Source: a virus | Virus record (IMG/VR): IMGVR_UViG_3300028920_000040 | Location: 1-64,000 of that record | Reading direction: 5' to 3' (one strand) | DNA: 64,000 nucleotides | In this document: in pieces, positions 40,601 to 49,609 of the stretch | How the letters are laid out: each line of letters starts with the position of its first letter | How positions within the stretch are numbered: the first letter of the stretch is position 1 | Made by a program: the position numbers and the translations under genes | Notes under the pieces: model-generated | Database searches by the model: none | Told to the model about the DNA's origin: nothing | Seen by the model: the letters and a program-made list of their open reading frames with translations, nothing else

Positions 40601-42681
40601 ATGTTGGTGGAGAAAATGCTTTTCCATCCTCTGCCTACGATAGTTATGCGGTGATATTAAGAACGGCAGGTGCCGGTTTGGCTCCATTCGATCAAGCAGG
40701 ATCATTAGTATATAGACCAAGATTGAGCAACACCGCAGGAAGAAGTAACCATTACTTTTATACCGGAGCAACACCGTCATTGAGGTTTGAAATCGAAGAA
40801 GACGGTGATATTGATATTTATGGAGATTCTGGGCAATATGTTTGGTTTGATTCGGGGTATGAGAGTGTTGGAATTGGAATCGCCGCACAATCTGATACAT
40901 CGTTGGATGTATATCGTAATGTAGCAACATCAGTCACTCGTGGGTATGCAAGTGAAGCGAAGGTTGAACTGAATACCGGTGCTGATGTGTCTGATAAAAT
41001 AGCGGCATTTCGTGGTATTCTCGTACTCAATGATGGAGTTGTGAACGATGATGCCTACATATATTGGGGAAATTTTGATCACAATTCTAGCGCAACAATT
41101 GTTGGTGACGCCTATTTGTCATTTTTAAAGGCAAGTCTTGATGCAGATATTGGCGGCGATTTTTATGGTAGCTATATAGATATTGATCAGGGCGCAGGAA
41201 CCGTTTCTGGTAATGCTACGGGTCTTTATGTGCGGACTGATTTTGATGGTAATATTAGTGGTACTACTCGTCTGGGTTATTTTTATGGTAATAGTAATAC
41301 AGACATTGGTTTAGAAATTCGTGGGGCTATGAACGAAGCTTCATCGCTTCGTATATCAAGAAGTGATTCAGATTATGGAGATTTATATTGTAGTTCTGAT
41401 GGTAATTTATTTATGTATTCAACTGGTGGATATAATGGAGCAGGAAACACTTCATTTACTCCAGCAGCTCCTTGGCATGTTCACAAAGTAACATCTGCCA
41501 CTTCGGCTGTTCAAGAATTACTTAGACTTAGAGCAGATAGCGCAGGAGTAGCAACATCAGGTTTTGGAGCGGCTATAGCTTTTCATCTTGATAGTCCGGC
41601 TTATGCTGACGATTTTCAAACTGGTAGAATTGAAAATGTAATGACTAGTGTTAGTGGTACCGCATATTCAATGTATTTTAAAGTTTGGAATGCTCCTAAT
41701 TTTGATACTGCACTTTCACTTTATAATCCTCAAGGAGGAGTAACACAATCTTATGGTTCTGTTGGTATAAAATCAACTCCACAAGGACAGGCAATACATA
41801 TAGAAAGATATGGTGGATCGGATAGTTGGCAACTTGGTGTTGATACAGGTGTATTTACAGCTGGCGATTTTAATTTTAGTCAAAATGGTACTGATAGAAT
41901 AATATTTAAGAAAAGTGGATCGTTACAATTAAATACAATAAGTGCGGCTACAACTGATACAGATAAATTCTTAGTTTCTGATTCTGGTATAGTTAAGTTT
42001 AGAACGGGAGCAGAAGTATTAAGTGATATTGGCGCACAAGCTTCAGATGATGATTTGACAGCTTTGGCTGGTTTAACAGGAACAGGATTTGCAGTTAGAA
42101 CAGGAACAAATACATGGAATCAAAGAACTTTACAAACATCTGGAGATGCTATTGGAATAACATATGCAGATGGTGTTGCTAGTAATCCTGTTTTCTTTTT
42201 AGATATTGGTGGTGGAAGCACTCAAGTAGCTTCTGGAGATCATAATCATAATTCTACTTATGCAAATATTAGTCATACACATTCTTTTTTATATGATAAT
42301 GGTGTTGGAACCAAATTTGCTAATGCCATTACTATACCAACTTCGGCTGAAATTGAATTAGTAGGATCATCAGCTTTAAACATACCATCAATGCAGGGAG
42401 GTGCTGGTGGTAATCCAATTAACGGTATATTAATTATTAATACAACTAATCCAACAGGAGCATCTGGTTGGTATGGTATGATAAAATGTCATGGTAATTC
42501 AAATAATAATGAAATATGGATTGACGGTGGTGGATTGGCAATTTCAGATACAGCTTTAAAATTATGCGTATATAATAAATATGCTGGTTCATATCCAACA
42601 AATTATAATACTATATATATTAAAAATAATACTGGATTAAGTGTTACACTTACGTTAATGTGGATTGGTGTAATATTTTAA
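34642..42681 (+). CDS. Large tail fibre protein (2679 aa) with internal repeats
   Basis: HDDRYYT and HTH/HNH fibre motifs, repeated NVGIG/GIG-type shaft motifs, repeats LSDTPS.YSG..GKG.RVN (x3), TDEKVAV..GYLG (x2), RT.AEVLSDIGA (x4). Confidence 0.85.
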   Translation: MAINRRINKQDIWTVVQIFKRNLVDQSSEKFIGLDAGNLRRQGVPEQQIVGTSASFFTPYYESDGAYTNIASAAPLEVLADQLLQEWTDYILTSADLIQIYVVDSQLEQLALYSTSGVKRGDLCMRTDISASYVALNRSASAMDDWQIFPQWYHDDRYYTQEQIDAMFSSSGTGGSFTFRGLWDTPSSYNSQGGKGVRVNTAETGLEFYEITSAASTSSVSAFTQLSDTPSNYSGEGGKGVRVNTGENALEFYVLSAGTTDEKVAVDSGATPGYLGATSADGVLRTSDPMTYNDGGDYVTLGVDKSKINLSDLGTSAHTHVEADITDLTHYTTADWNTDFGNASLSGIGTSAHMHSTSDIIGYSDSWTSVSGNYYTKTSADNTFAPIVHTHIFSAFTGLSDTPSSYSGQTGKGLRVNGGETGLEFYTPVTDTDEKVAVVSSATAGYLGNTSADGVLRTAEPLTYNDGGDYITIGLNKSGINLSDLGSSAHTHSASDITQNGTPYYIPRYDISGTQFEDSSISTNAAGNVCIGGITYTDILTIVDGNYQGTVYVTQQNSATYDTQNTCTYRQQIYNETPAMKSAMELNSRLNFNTPGNENSTVWINVLAGGSPLNILQLEYSSAKALITASSYLNISSIDNLIAASNAYLVSDSGEVKYKTAAQVLSDIGAASVSAVVSGTGTINYIPKWNSSTGLTDSNAYDSGSKFIFEEPIGVVSTVQPQIQLIYTSGSRFANLGVDSTGLLTFSAAGTNPRFKFENNIGIGVTPSNTHQIYTRGASAPQLKFEYDINNFFTVSISSLGFITFDAQGAGTTGFQFSDPLTLTSVANATSNTNKFLVLDSNIVKYRTSAEMLSDIGAASVTALSGEANTASNQGGANELFIQKTGDDLEFRTLSAGPGVSIISGTNVLTFSADVSASEIAGTPNYYARFNGTGDNVEDSMLVDDGSQTLSAYAKIVFPYGIINAKTSDSWFDIFQNTEDGSDTKATRIGGGGDVSSNRGAYIALYGNERATLSGDLQLVPGTAGNIKMEGIDAGDDSYTGILIIDSTTVQRRSTTQLASDIEGSIDHTALSNLNSSSYYHLTSANHNTLTNGLLADSLHHHDGLWESDNGQQKVYVTSNGWVGIGANGIQNAQLYVYRNYINATTSYGIYEDTEINITEDGTYYNIGIYTDPTTIISAGVTDSGYLIGTRTYALRNSSADNGTLNTLYGLEMAYGHYTGAGTSAQTNTAYGIYIRPFQDAGNITTRYGLAIDTPTGSNVENEWGIYVADDAPNYFAGTIKINTIDSASADYDKILVSNGGIIEYRTGAEVLSDIGAAHTSALYTSADWYTEFGNASLSQIGTSAHTHVEADITDLTHYTSANFYNDLGTASLSDLGSSAHNHVKSEITDFGNYVSATALTGTQYRIPRFATTSTLENSPIYTDSNNNAVGINVNAQWTSSYHWYLNVETDMDVPSDDTLYVIGQSVSDGSISIPSSATNSGYLMGVQSSMLIDDAEFEGTIGSVYGARIDAGTYTSAVSGTIDGVYGIRIRIFKGDNATHNSSYGIYQESDYDSVVNYFEDSIGIGIIPQYSLDVSGTLIRFQRSTKDLYINPNYGDANNYAAIYTKSDENMALRLGATENVNQLVLNTNGNVGVGADPSTQAHFYVADTTLNISADYFPIYFYHVKTDGASDENTDLWGIRNDLRYNQSSGILGNTIVNYNYFSHTNGEIGTSAVARYLYGLDYKASLLGGIIHGGVQGTRGEIDQGSGHIIESDVRAIGAIVYGGGQIDSHVYGVRAEARLEATGSWGGTAYGAYNYVNLDGGTVGGNVVGTKSYVNQVSGNDVNNNIFGSDVELHLSGTSVDVYGHRDVISVLDNCNISDDVYGKYTRINLESGSTVDGVFGNYIFLNQDGGTINTNAYALWVEADMDGTVGSTTLGRFYANSNIDYGVTVRGDIGTHFQLEYDGSNYMNIKMAFNGATTFDAVGNGAIFNFLDPLFIDSGIYVGGENAFPSSAYDSYAVILRTAGAGLAPFDQAGSLVYRPRLSNTAGRSNHYFYTGATPSLRFEIEEDGDIDIYGDSGQYVWFDSGYESVGIGIAAQSDTSLDVYRNVATSVTRGYASEAKVELNTGADVSDKIAAFRGILVLNDGVVNDDAYIYWGNFDHNSSATIVGDAYLSFLKASLDADIGGDFYGSYIDIDQGAGTVSGNATGLYVRTDFDGNISGTTRLGYFYGNSNTDIGLEIRGAMNEASSLRISRSDSDYGDLYCSSDGNLFMYSTGGYNGAGNTSFTPAAPWHVHKVTSATSAVQELLRLRADSAGVATSGFGAAIAFHLDSPAYADDFQTGRIENVMTSVSGTAYSMYFKVWNAPNFDTALSLYNPQGGVTQSYGSVGIKSTPQGQAIHIERYGGSDSWQLGVDTGVFTAGDFNFSQNGTDRIIFKKSGSLQLNTISAATTDTDKFLVSDSGIVKFRTGAEVLSDIGAQASDDDLTALAGLTGTGFAVRTGTNTWNQRTLQTSGDAIGITYADGVASNPVFFLDIGGGSTQVASGDHNHNSTYANISHTHSFLYDNGVGTKFANAITIPTSAEIELVGSSALNIPSMQGGAGGNPINGILIINTTNPTGASGWYGMIKCHGNSNNNEIWIDGGGLAISDTALKLCVYNKYAGSYPTNYNTIYIKNNTGLSVTLTLMWIGVIF

Positions 42682-42682
42682 T

Positions 42683-43138
42683 ATGAAAACAATAACTATT
42701 ATAATAGAAGGAACAGAATCTTTATATCCTAAATGTAAAGATGTTATTATTATACCGGATGAAAAAGGAGCAGATTCAAAAAGAAAAGCAGTATTAAAAG
42801 ACCTTTATCTTATGGATTATCTAGCTGAACATTCTGACGTTTTATATCACGATGCAGATTGTAGAGTCTATAAAAAGATATATAAATTTCTAGAGGGTAA
42901 AAAAATAGCATGTGGGAAGACTATAAATGTATTTGATTCCTTCTTGGTATATAGTAATGATACAAGATTTTGGCAAAGACTTAAGAAAGAATATATTAAG
43001 TTTAATTATGAAATACACGGTCCTATATATGGATTTTTAAGTAAATTATTGCGTAGAAAGGATTTAGTCAAAATTCCAAAAAATATGTATAAACATAGAA
43101 TGAGAACATATAAGAGTCTAACACGAAATAAAATATAA
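42683..43138 (+). CDS. Small DxD glycosyltransferase-like protein (GT32-like, paralog of 48977)
   Basis: KDLYL..VLYHDADC..DSFLVYSN..FW aligns by eye with SDLIRL..FYLDTDV..DYFIIYNN..FF of ORF 48977. Confidence 0.5.
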   Translation: MKTITIIIEGTESLYPKCKDVIIIPDEKGADSKRKAVLKDLYLMDYLAEHSDVLYHDADCRVYKKIYKFLEGKKIACGKTINVFDSFLVYSNDTRFWQRLKKEYIKFNYEIHGPIYGFLSKLLRRKDLVKIPKNMYKHRMRTYKSLTRNKI

Positions 43139-43141
43139 ATA
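43134..43141 (+). promoter_or_regulatory. T4-type late promoter TATAAATA
   Basis: Exact consensus upstream of ORF 43178. Confidence 0.65.
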
Positions 43142-43177
43142 ATTAACGTATAACACTTAAGCCTCAGGAGGTTTGAT

Positions 43178-43654
43178 ATGAAAAACGTAGAGATGATTCA
43201 GTTGGTACAGGTAATTGACAAAGTACTTCCGGTTTCTAAGAAGGTCAAATTTAACTATTTGTTGAACAAGAACAAGAGACTTATCGATGAAGAACAGAAG
43301 ACACTTGCCGAGATATCTAAGCCAAGTGACAAGATTGTTGAATTCGAAACAAAGAGACTTGAACTTTGTAGAACTCATTGTACTAAAGATGACGATGGAA
43401 ATCCGGTTTTAAACAAAGATACAAATAGGTTTGAAGGATTAGACAAGAGCGCAAAGTTTAAGAAGGCATTTGAAAAATTAGCTAAAGAATATGATGAAGC
43501 AATCAAAGAAAACCAGGAAAAAATGAACCAGTATGACGAACTTCTTCAGGAAGAATCTAAAGTAGAACTTGTAAAGATTCCTATTGATATTGTTCCTGAC
43601 GACGTTATTGCTGGAAACGATTTAGCAATATTAATGGAAATTATAGAGGAGTAA
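43178..43654 (+). CDS. Coiled-coil hypothetical protein (possible fibre chaperone)
   Basis: RBS AGGAGG, helical charged protein next to the fibre gene. Confidence 0.6.
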   Translation: MKNVEMIQLVQVIDKVLPVSKKVKFNYLLNKNKRLIDEEQKTLAEISKPSDKIVEFETKRLELCRTHCTKDDDGNPVLNKDTNRFEGLDKSAKFKKAFEKLAKEYDEAIKENQEKMNQYDELLQEESKVELVKIPIDIVPDDVIAGNDLAILMEIIEE

Positions 43655-43655
43655 T

Positions 43656-44042
43656 ATGGCAGTAAACAGAGAATTCGCCGATAGATGGGCATATGACATT
43701 TCTCAAAATGTTATATCCAAAGGAGAAATATGGGATGTCGATGTACTTAATCAATCGATAGAACTTATTCTCGGCACTGTCTATGGTGAAAGGCTGTTTA
43801 ATACCTCCTTTGGTTGTGGTCTTCAATTAAGAATTTTTGAATCTATGACTCCTGAAGCTGGCGAGGATATTCTCAATGAGATTGCTCGCCAGCTTAAATT
43901 GTGGGAGGATCGAATCATAGTATTGGAAGATGAAATGAGACTCAACTTTAATGGAGATAGTAATTCTATTACTATAACAATACCATATATTATAAGAGAT
44001 CGAAATCTTAGATCGGTTTTTAAGAAAAAGATAATCACATAG
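43656..44042 (+). CDS. gp25: Baseplate wedge protein (T4 gp25-like)
   Basis: NQSIELILGTVYGERLFNTSFGCGL..IFE..WEDRI. Confidence 0.88.
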   Translation: MAVNREFADRWAYDISQNVISKGEIWDVDVLNQSIELILGTVYGERLFNTSFGCGLQLRIFESMTPEAGEDILNEIARQLKLWEDRIIVLEDEMRLNFNGDSNSITITIPYIIRDRNLRSVFKKKIIT

Positions 44043-44053
44043 CGGAGAGTTAG

Positions 44054-46636
44054 ATGGCTACTAATAACTTTTTAAAGTACTCTGGAATGACATATTCAGA
44101 GCTGATCAGTCAGATTAATGACAGACTATTGGCGGATAGTAGATTTGATAACTTCAGAGAATCAGCAATTGCACAAATGCTCATAGAGATTTTTGCTGGT
44201 GCTACTGATATTGTTAATTACTATCTAGATAGAAGAGCAGAAGAATGTTACTTTGATACGGCAAGACTTAGAAGTTCTGCCATACTTCTGTCCCGTCAAC
44301 TGGGCTATGTTGTAACGAGGGCGGTTCCTGCGTCTACAACTATAAAAACAAAAATTGCTGGTGACCTATCTACTCTATCAACACCAATAACTTCAGGAGA
44401 TAAACTTCAAGTTCCTGTTCACTCCGTTTTTAGTTATAATGGAAACGACTATATTTTAAAACAGACTTTTACTCATACATTTACCCAATCAGAAGTTGAT
44501 AATATTACTGTTCTCGGCGAAAATTTTGAGTTGGAAATTTCAACTGATGATAATGGAAATACAATATCTTTAGCTCAAGGAGAACTTAAAGAAAAAGTTA
44601 TTGATGGAAGCACAAATCCTTCCGTAGGTCAAATTTTTCAGGTATATAAAATTGAAGACGATACGTTTAGTAATATATATGGAACCAGTGATTATGATAT
44701 TCCGACGACAAGAGTTTGGGTAGGAAATAATAAAACAAACGCAACAGAATATGATATTGATAGAAGATCATTAATTAACTGGGAATCATTAGAAAGTCTA
44801 GCTGCAGGAACTTCTAAAGATGTATGTGTGATTAGAACTTCAACCGACGAAGATGTAGAAATTCTTTTTGGTGATAATCAATATGCAAGTGTTGGTGCGG
44901 CTACAAATCAAGACAATATTTTTATTCAGTATCTATCTACAGTTGGTTCTAAAGCAAATGAGGTTGGAGTCATTGGTCAGCAGATAGAATATGAAGGACA
45001 GATATTAGATCAGAATGGTCAGGACATAACCGAATTTATTACTTTTGAGTTTGTTACTAATATTACTGGTGGAGCAGATATGGAAAGTCTTGATTCAATC
45101 AAGAATAATGCTCCTGCAATTTATTATTCACTTGATAGACTTGTAACTAAAACAGACTATATTGCATATTTAAAATCATTAACAACTCCAATTAATATTC
45201 AGAATGCACTTGCTTGGGGCGAACAAGAAGAAGTTTTAAAACTTACAAACGGAGATGGTGTTATTGAAAAACTTTTTAATGTTGTTATGTTTAGTTGTCT
45301 TGGAGAATTATATAATATAAGCGTATCAGAATATTTTCCATATACTCAAGGAAATGGATTAGAAAATGTCGTCCTCGACGCGGATTTTGATGAAGATGCA
45401 ATTAATGCTCAAAGTTATTTCAATTTATATATTAGACAGGATGTAGTAAAACAATTAAACAGATATGAGGTTAGTGCATCATATTGGTGGTTAGCAAGTA
45501 GTAATCCAAGTACAAATGTGGGATCATATTATGAAGGGCAATATGGAGACTCTGCTGTATTAGAATTTGATTATACTTCAGATACTGCAGGAATAGGTTT
45601 GTCTGCTTCTGCAACATCGACTGTTGATATGACAACTCCTTCTTATAGTACATTTAATACTGTATCAGGAACTATGACTCAATATGCGACCGATCTTACA
45701 ACTGCTCTTACAGCAGTAACAGATAATAGAGGAGACTCCACAGCACAAAATTCAAATTATGGAAGTCCTGCATTTCCAGGAATAGAATGTACATATAATT
45801 CAATAGAAAACAGATTGGAAATTAGAACTGCAAACAGTGATGTTTGTTATATTTCAAATATAAGATATTCATCCGCAACAAATAATATTGCTTCTGATAC
45901 TGGTCTTAGTGCAAAATCAATGCAGAAGTTATACGAACAGACTTTTGAAGATATTAGTGATAATACATTAACGGTTATTAATAGTATTCAAGAAAGAAGT
46001 CAGGTAACAACAAGAGCAGTTTATATAAGTCCTATTATTCATAACCTTGTTGTTAGTGGAACTGTCTATGTTAATAATCTTTATGATAGAGAATCGTTAA
46101 GAACTGAATTAAATAATGATGTTTATGAATGGTTAAACATCAATGCAGATTTTAATGAAGATATTTATAAATCAAATATTATAGAAATTATTGAAGATAG
46201 TCCGGGTATAAGAAATGTCGATATGAACTTTGGTGCAGTAGCATTAACTCCTCCTGCAGGATATAGTACTTTTTCCACGGCGGCTATAGTTTCAGAAATT
46301 GATTCTTGGCCAGTTGTATCTGATAGATCAAGTATTGAAACTATTTTTATTGCTTATGTTAATTCTATAACTACTAATCCAACAGTAACTTCTGGGGGAG
46401 AAAGATGGTTCTTAGAAACTTGGGCAAAGGGATTTTATGATACATTGGTCGCACAAGGATATACAAGCTTTGCAGATAGTACTGCATTTATTAATTTAGT
46501 TACTGCAGTACATAAAGATTTTTCTGTTCAAATTAAAAATAGTTTAATTGATTCACAAGGTAATATTACAAACTATACAATTGGAAACGAAATTGTTAAA
46601 CTCACCATTACACTAAGTTATGTGTATGCGACGTAA
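44054..46636 (+). CDS. gp6: Baseplate wedge protein (T4 gp6-like)
   Basis: ECYFDTARLRSS..LSRQLGY, ILFGD, GGADMESLDSIKNNAP..RLVTKTDY, AWGEQE. Confidence 0.9.
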   Translation: MATNNFLKYSGMTYSELISQINDRLLADSRFDNFRESAIAQMLIEIFAGATDIVNYYLDRRAEECYFDTARLRSSAILLSRQLGYVVTRAVPASTTIKTKIAGDLSTLSTPITSGDKLQVPVHSVFSYNGNDYILKQTFTHTFTQSEVDNITVLGENFELEISTDDNGNTISLAQGELKEKVIDGSTNPSVGQIFQVYKIEDDTFSNIYGTSDYDIPTTRVWVGNNKTNATEYDIDRRSLINWESLESLAAGTSKDVCVIRTSTDEDVEILFGDNQYASVGAATNQDNIFIQYLSTVGSKANEVGVIGQQIEYEGQILDQNGQDITEFITFEFVTNITGGADMESLDSIKNNAPAIYYSLDRLVTKTDYIAYLKSLTTPINIQNALAWGEQEEVLKLTNGDGVIEKLFNVVMFSCLGELYNISVSEYFPYTQGNGLENVVLDADFDEDAINAQSYFNLYIRQDVVKQLNRYEVSASYWWLASSNPSTNVGSYYEGQYGDSAVLEFDYTSDTAGIGLSASATSTVDMTTPSYSTFNTVSGTMTQYATDLTTALTAVTDNRGDSTAQNSNYGSPAFPGIECTYNSIENRLEIRTANSDVCYISNIRYSSATNNIASDTGLSAKSMQKLYEQTFEDISDNTLTVINSIQERSQVTTRAVYISPIIHNLVVSGTVYVNNLYDRESLRTELNNDVYEWLNINADFNEDIYKSNIIEIIEDSPGIRNVDMNFGAVALTPPAGYSTFSTAAIVSEIDSWPVVSDRSSIETIFIAYVNSITTNPTVTSGGERWFLETWAKGFYDTLVAQGYTSFADSTAFINLVTAVHKDFSVQIKNSLIDSQGNITNYTIGNEIVKLTITLSYVYAT

Positions 46637-46643
46637 ATAAATT

Positions 46644-48977
46644 ATGGCATATTGGGTAGACATAAATAACTCTTATTCATCGACTGGTGCTGGTACTAGT
46701 GTATCTCCATTTAGTTGGTCTCAATTCATAACTGATTTAGCAGATGCTTCTTTAAGTACTAGAACATATTATGTATCTGGTACTAGAACATTATCAACCA
46801 ATACAACTATAACAATTGACTCTATTGATACGTCTACTACAGGCGCATCAGTCGTTACTATTAATGATTGGGATGGCGAGCCTTGGAGAATTATAGGAGA
46901 TGCTAGTGTAGGAATTATTAATATTAATTCTTCTTATGTTAGATATCTTTATTTGCGCGGAGGTATGATCCAAGGAACTAAAAGTGGATTTTTCTCCACT
47001 ATATATTGTGCATCTACTCCATCTTCTTTTTGCGATGTTACAATCGATTCGATGTGGATTAATTTTTATACTTCATTTGTAATTCGTAATTATGATGATG
47101 TATATGTTTATAATAGTTTACTTAGTGATACTAATCAAGGATTGGTTGGTTCTAATCCAGGATCGTTTGGAGTTTATAATAGCGATACCGCAACAATAAG
47201 AAATACTATATTGGCAATAGGAGCATTTAGTGCTCCAGATTCGACAAATACATTAGACAATGTTGTTTCTACAAGAGTGGCTTTTCCTATTACAATAGGA
47301 TCATCTATTGATACAAGTAGTTCTGTTCAACTTGATTGGGAATCAGACCCAATTGTTTCATCTGCGGTAAATTTATTAAGCGCTTCTAATATAAGTTATC
47401 TTACATCCTCTTTTGATGGAATATCTGCAACTGGAAATGCATCACCCGCATTATCATATACATGGTTTGATGGAACAAGAGATGGAGTCGGAGCACTTTA
47501 TTTTCCAACGATTACAGTAAGTGCTTCTGCTACTCCTTCATCTGCCGCCGCGGGTGATACTATAACGATTGATATAAATGATGTTTTTACAGAATTTAGT
47601 GCTTCGAGTGCAACATTTAATTTTGGCGATTCAACAAGTACGACTGTAAATGAACCATCAGCAACTCATGTTTATTCTGCTGTTGATGATTATAGTGTTA
47701 CTGTTTCTGTTCTTTCTAAGAATGAATGGTATAGTTCTGTATCTGATGCTATAACAGTTTCTATATCTGCTGGTGATGCATCGGCGACATTTGAATTTTT
47801 AGATTCTGATACTTCTGCAGTAACAACTTCTGCTGAAACATATACTGACGTTTTAATGTCAGCAACAATAGTTAGTGGTGATGTTGTTTCTTATATAATG
47901 GACTGGGGAGATGGTACATCTTCTACATATACAGGATCAGACCCGATAAGTACTATTCCAGTATTAACACACCAATATATTTCATCGGGAAGTCTTACAG
48001 GAACAATTAGTGTTAATAATAGAAATCCTTTTAATAAAAGTTTAAATACATATATTAGAACTCCGACGACATATTATGTAGATATTAATAATTCATATAC
48101 TTCTTCAGGTAATGGATTATTAGCAACCCCATTAAATTATTCTCAATTCAAGACTACAATTGAGGATGGTGGAGATGGAGAATTTGGAGATATATTTAAA
48201 TTAAAGGGATATAGAGAATTAACATATGGTACGGATTTTGTTAATAGTTTAATATTAATAGCCGATCCAACTCTTTCGTTTGTAATTGATGCTTGGGATT
48301 TATCTGCATATGGTCCTTGGATGATCTCGCCGGAAATTTATCCGGGCGCATTAACATCAATATTGTCATTTAAGAACAGTACTCTTAAAAATGGAATTTT
48401 ATATAATAGAGTTTACTTTGATAATAGAGGAGTTATTTTTTATCTTTCTTCAATGAAAGATACTTTCGTTGTTAATCAAGGAACAAATAGTAGAATTATT
48501 CTTTCTCCAAGTACACAATTAAGCGGTACTCCTATTAGTGGGTGTGATATTATTGGTTCGACATTATATTGTGAAAATGGATATAGAGATAATGCAGATC
48601 AAGCATACGATATAAATCTTACTGACTCTGTATTTGTTGGATTTGAAAATCAAGTTAGTGGAACATATTTTACTAGTGCAACAGTAAATATAACTAACAG
48701 TACTTTTACAGACGATGCTTCTTCATTATTATCAGGATTTAATATTGGTACGAGCGCGAGTTCACAATATGGATGGACTGCTCCAACAGATTATCCGTTT
48801 ACTCCTACTAATGAAGCATATGGACAATCACTAGATTGGCTATTACTAAATAAAAGAGCTTTAAGACCATTCTCTGGAATTACAACTCCTCCAAATCCTG
48901 GTGATGGATATGATACATATCCGGGTTATACAACTGGATTATTTGGAAATTCTAGAAAAGACTATGAGGCACCATAA
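46644..48977 (+). CDS. Virion surface protein with beta-helix-like modules and PKD-like domains
   Basis: Two Y(W/Y)VDINNSY..G.G...P modules. PKD-like FNFGD..THVY and DWGDG..THQY. Ser/Thr-rich. Confidence 0.7.
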   Translation: MAYWVDINNSYSSTGAGTSVSPFSWSQFITDLADASLSTRTYYVSGTRTLSTNTTITIDSIDTSTTGASVVTINDWDGEPWRIIGDASVGIININSSYVRYLYLRGGMIQGTKSGFFSTIYCASTPSSFCDVTIDSMWINFYTSFVIRNYDDVYVYNSLLSDTNQGLVGSNPGSFGVYNSDTATIRNTILAIGAFSAPDSTNTLDNVVSTRVAFPITIGSSIDTSSSVQLDWESDPIVSSAVNLLSASNISYLTSSFDGISATGNASPALSYTWFDGTRDGVGALYFPTITVSASATPSSAAAGDTITIDINDVFTEFSASSATFNFGDSTSTTVNEPSATHVYSAVDDYSVTVSVLSKNEWYSSVSDAITVSISAGDASATFEFLDSDTSAVTTSAETYTDVLMSATIVSGDVVSYIMDWGDGTSSTYTGSDPISTIPVLTHQYISSGSLTGTISVNNRNPFNKSLNTYIRTPTTYYVDINNSYTSSGNGLLATPLNYSQFKTTIEDGGDGEFGDIFKLKGYRELTYGTDFVNSLILIADPTLSFVIDAWDLSAYGPWMISPEIYPGALTSILSFKNSTLKNGILYNRVYFDNRGVIFYLSSMKDTFVVNQGTNSRIILSPSTQLSGTPISGCDIIGSTLYCENGYRDNADQAYDINLTDSVFVGFENQVSGTYFTSATVNITNSTFTDDASSLLSGFNIGTSASSQYGWTAPTDYPFTPTNEAYGQSLDWLLLNKRALRPFSGITTPPNPGDGYDTYPGYTTGLFGNSRKDYEAP

Positions 48978-49609
48978 TGAATTTTTTGCAGATTTGGATT
49001 GGTAAGAAACCTAATAAGAAAATTTTAAAATGTATGGAAACAGTTATTGATAAAGTAACTGATAATGATACTTATACATTGATATCAAATAAAAATTTTC
49101 TTAGTAAAATTAAGACAACAAATATAGATTGGATAAATATAGAAGAATATGAATTTAAAATGATGAAGTCGAATAAAATTATTAAAATGATAATAGAATT
49201 TTGTAGATTAAATGATAATCATTTTTATAGATCGTGTAGATCAGATTTAATAAGACTTTGGGAAGCTTCTCGTAAAAATAATTTATTTTATCTTGATACT
49301 GATGTAGAATTAAAAAAGATACCAGATTTTATTAATAATAAAATACCTTATATAGCAGGAATAAAAAGAAAAAGAAAAATTAAAAAAGATTATTTTATAA
49401 TATACAATAATAATAATAAGAAATTTTTTAAAGAACTTCTTAGTGAAATTGTTAATCAATGTTATTATCCTAGAAGAAAACGTCTTATTAGATGCGAAAT
49501 TAATAGAATGTGGATATATAATAAATTACAATATAAAGACAAAACAATGATTATAGACAATATTAATTTTAAACATTTAAATATGTATCAACAACGGAAA
49601 GATAAATGA
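48977..49609 (+). CDS. GT32-like DxD glycosyltransferase
   Basis: LQIWIG N-terminus, RSDLIRL, FYLDTDV. Very AT/Lys-rich compared with neighbours. Confidence 0.7.
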   Translation: MNFLQIWIGKKPNKKILKCMETVIDKVTDNDTYTLISNKNFLSKIKTTNIDWINIEEYEFKMMKSNKIIKMIIEFCRLNDNHFYRSCRSDLIRLWEASRKNNLFYLDTDVELKKIPDFINNKIPYIAGIKRKRKIKKDYFIIYNNNNKKFFKELLSEIVNQCYYPRRKRLIRCEINRMWIYNKLQYKDKTMIIDNINFKHLNMYQQRKDK

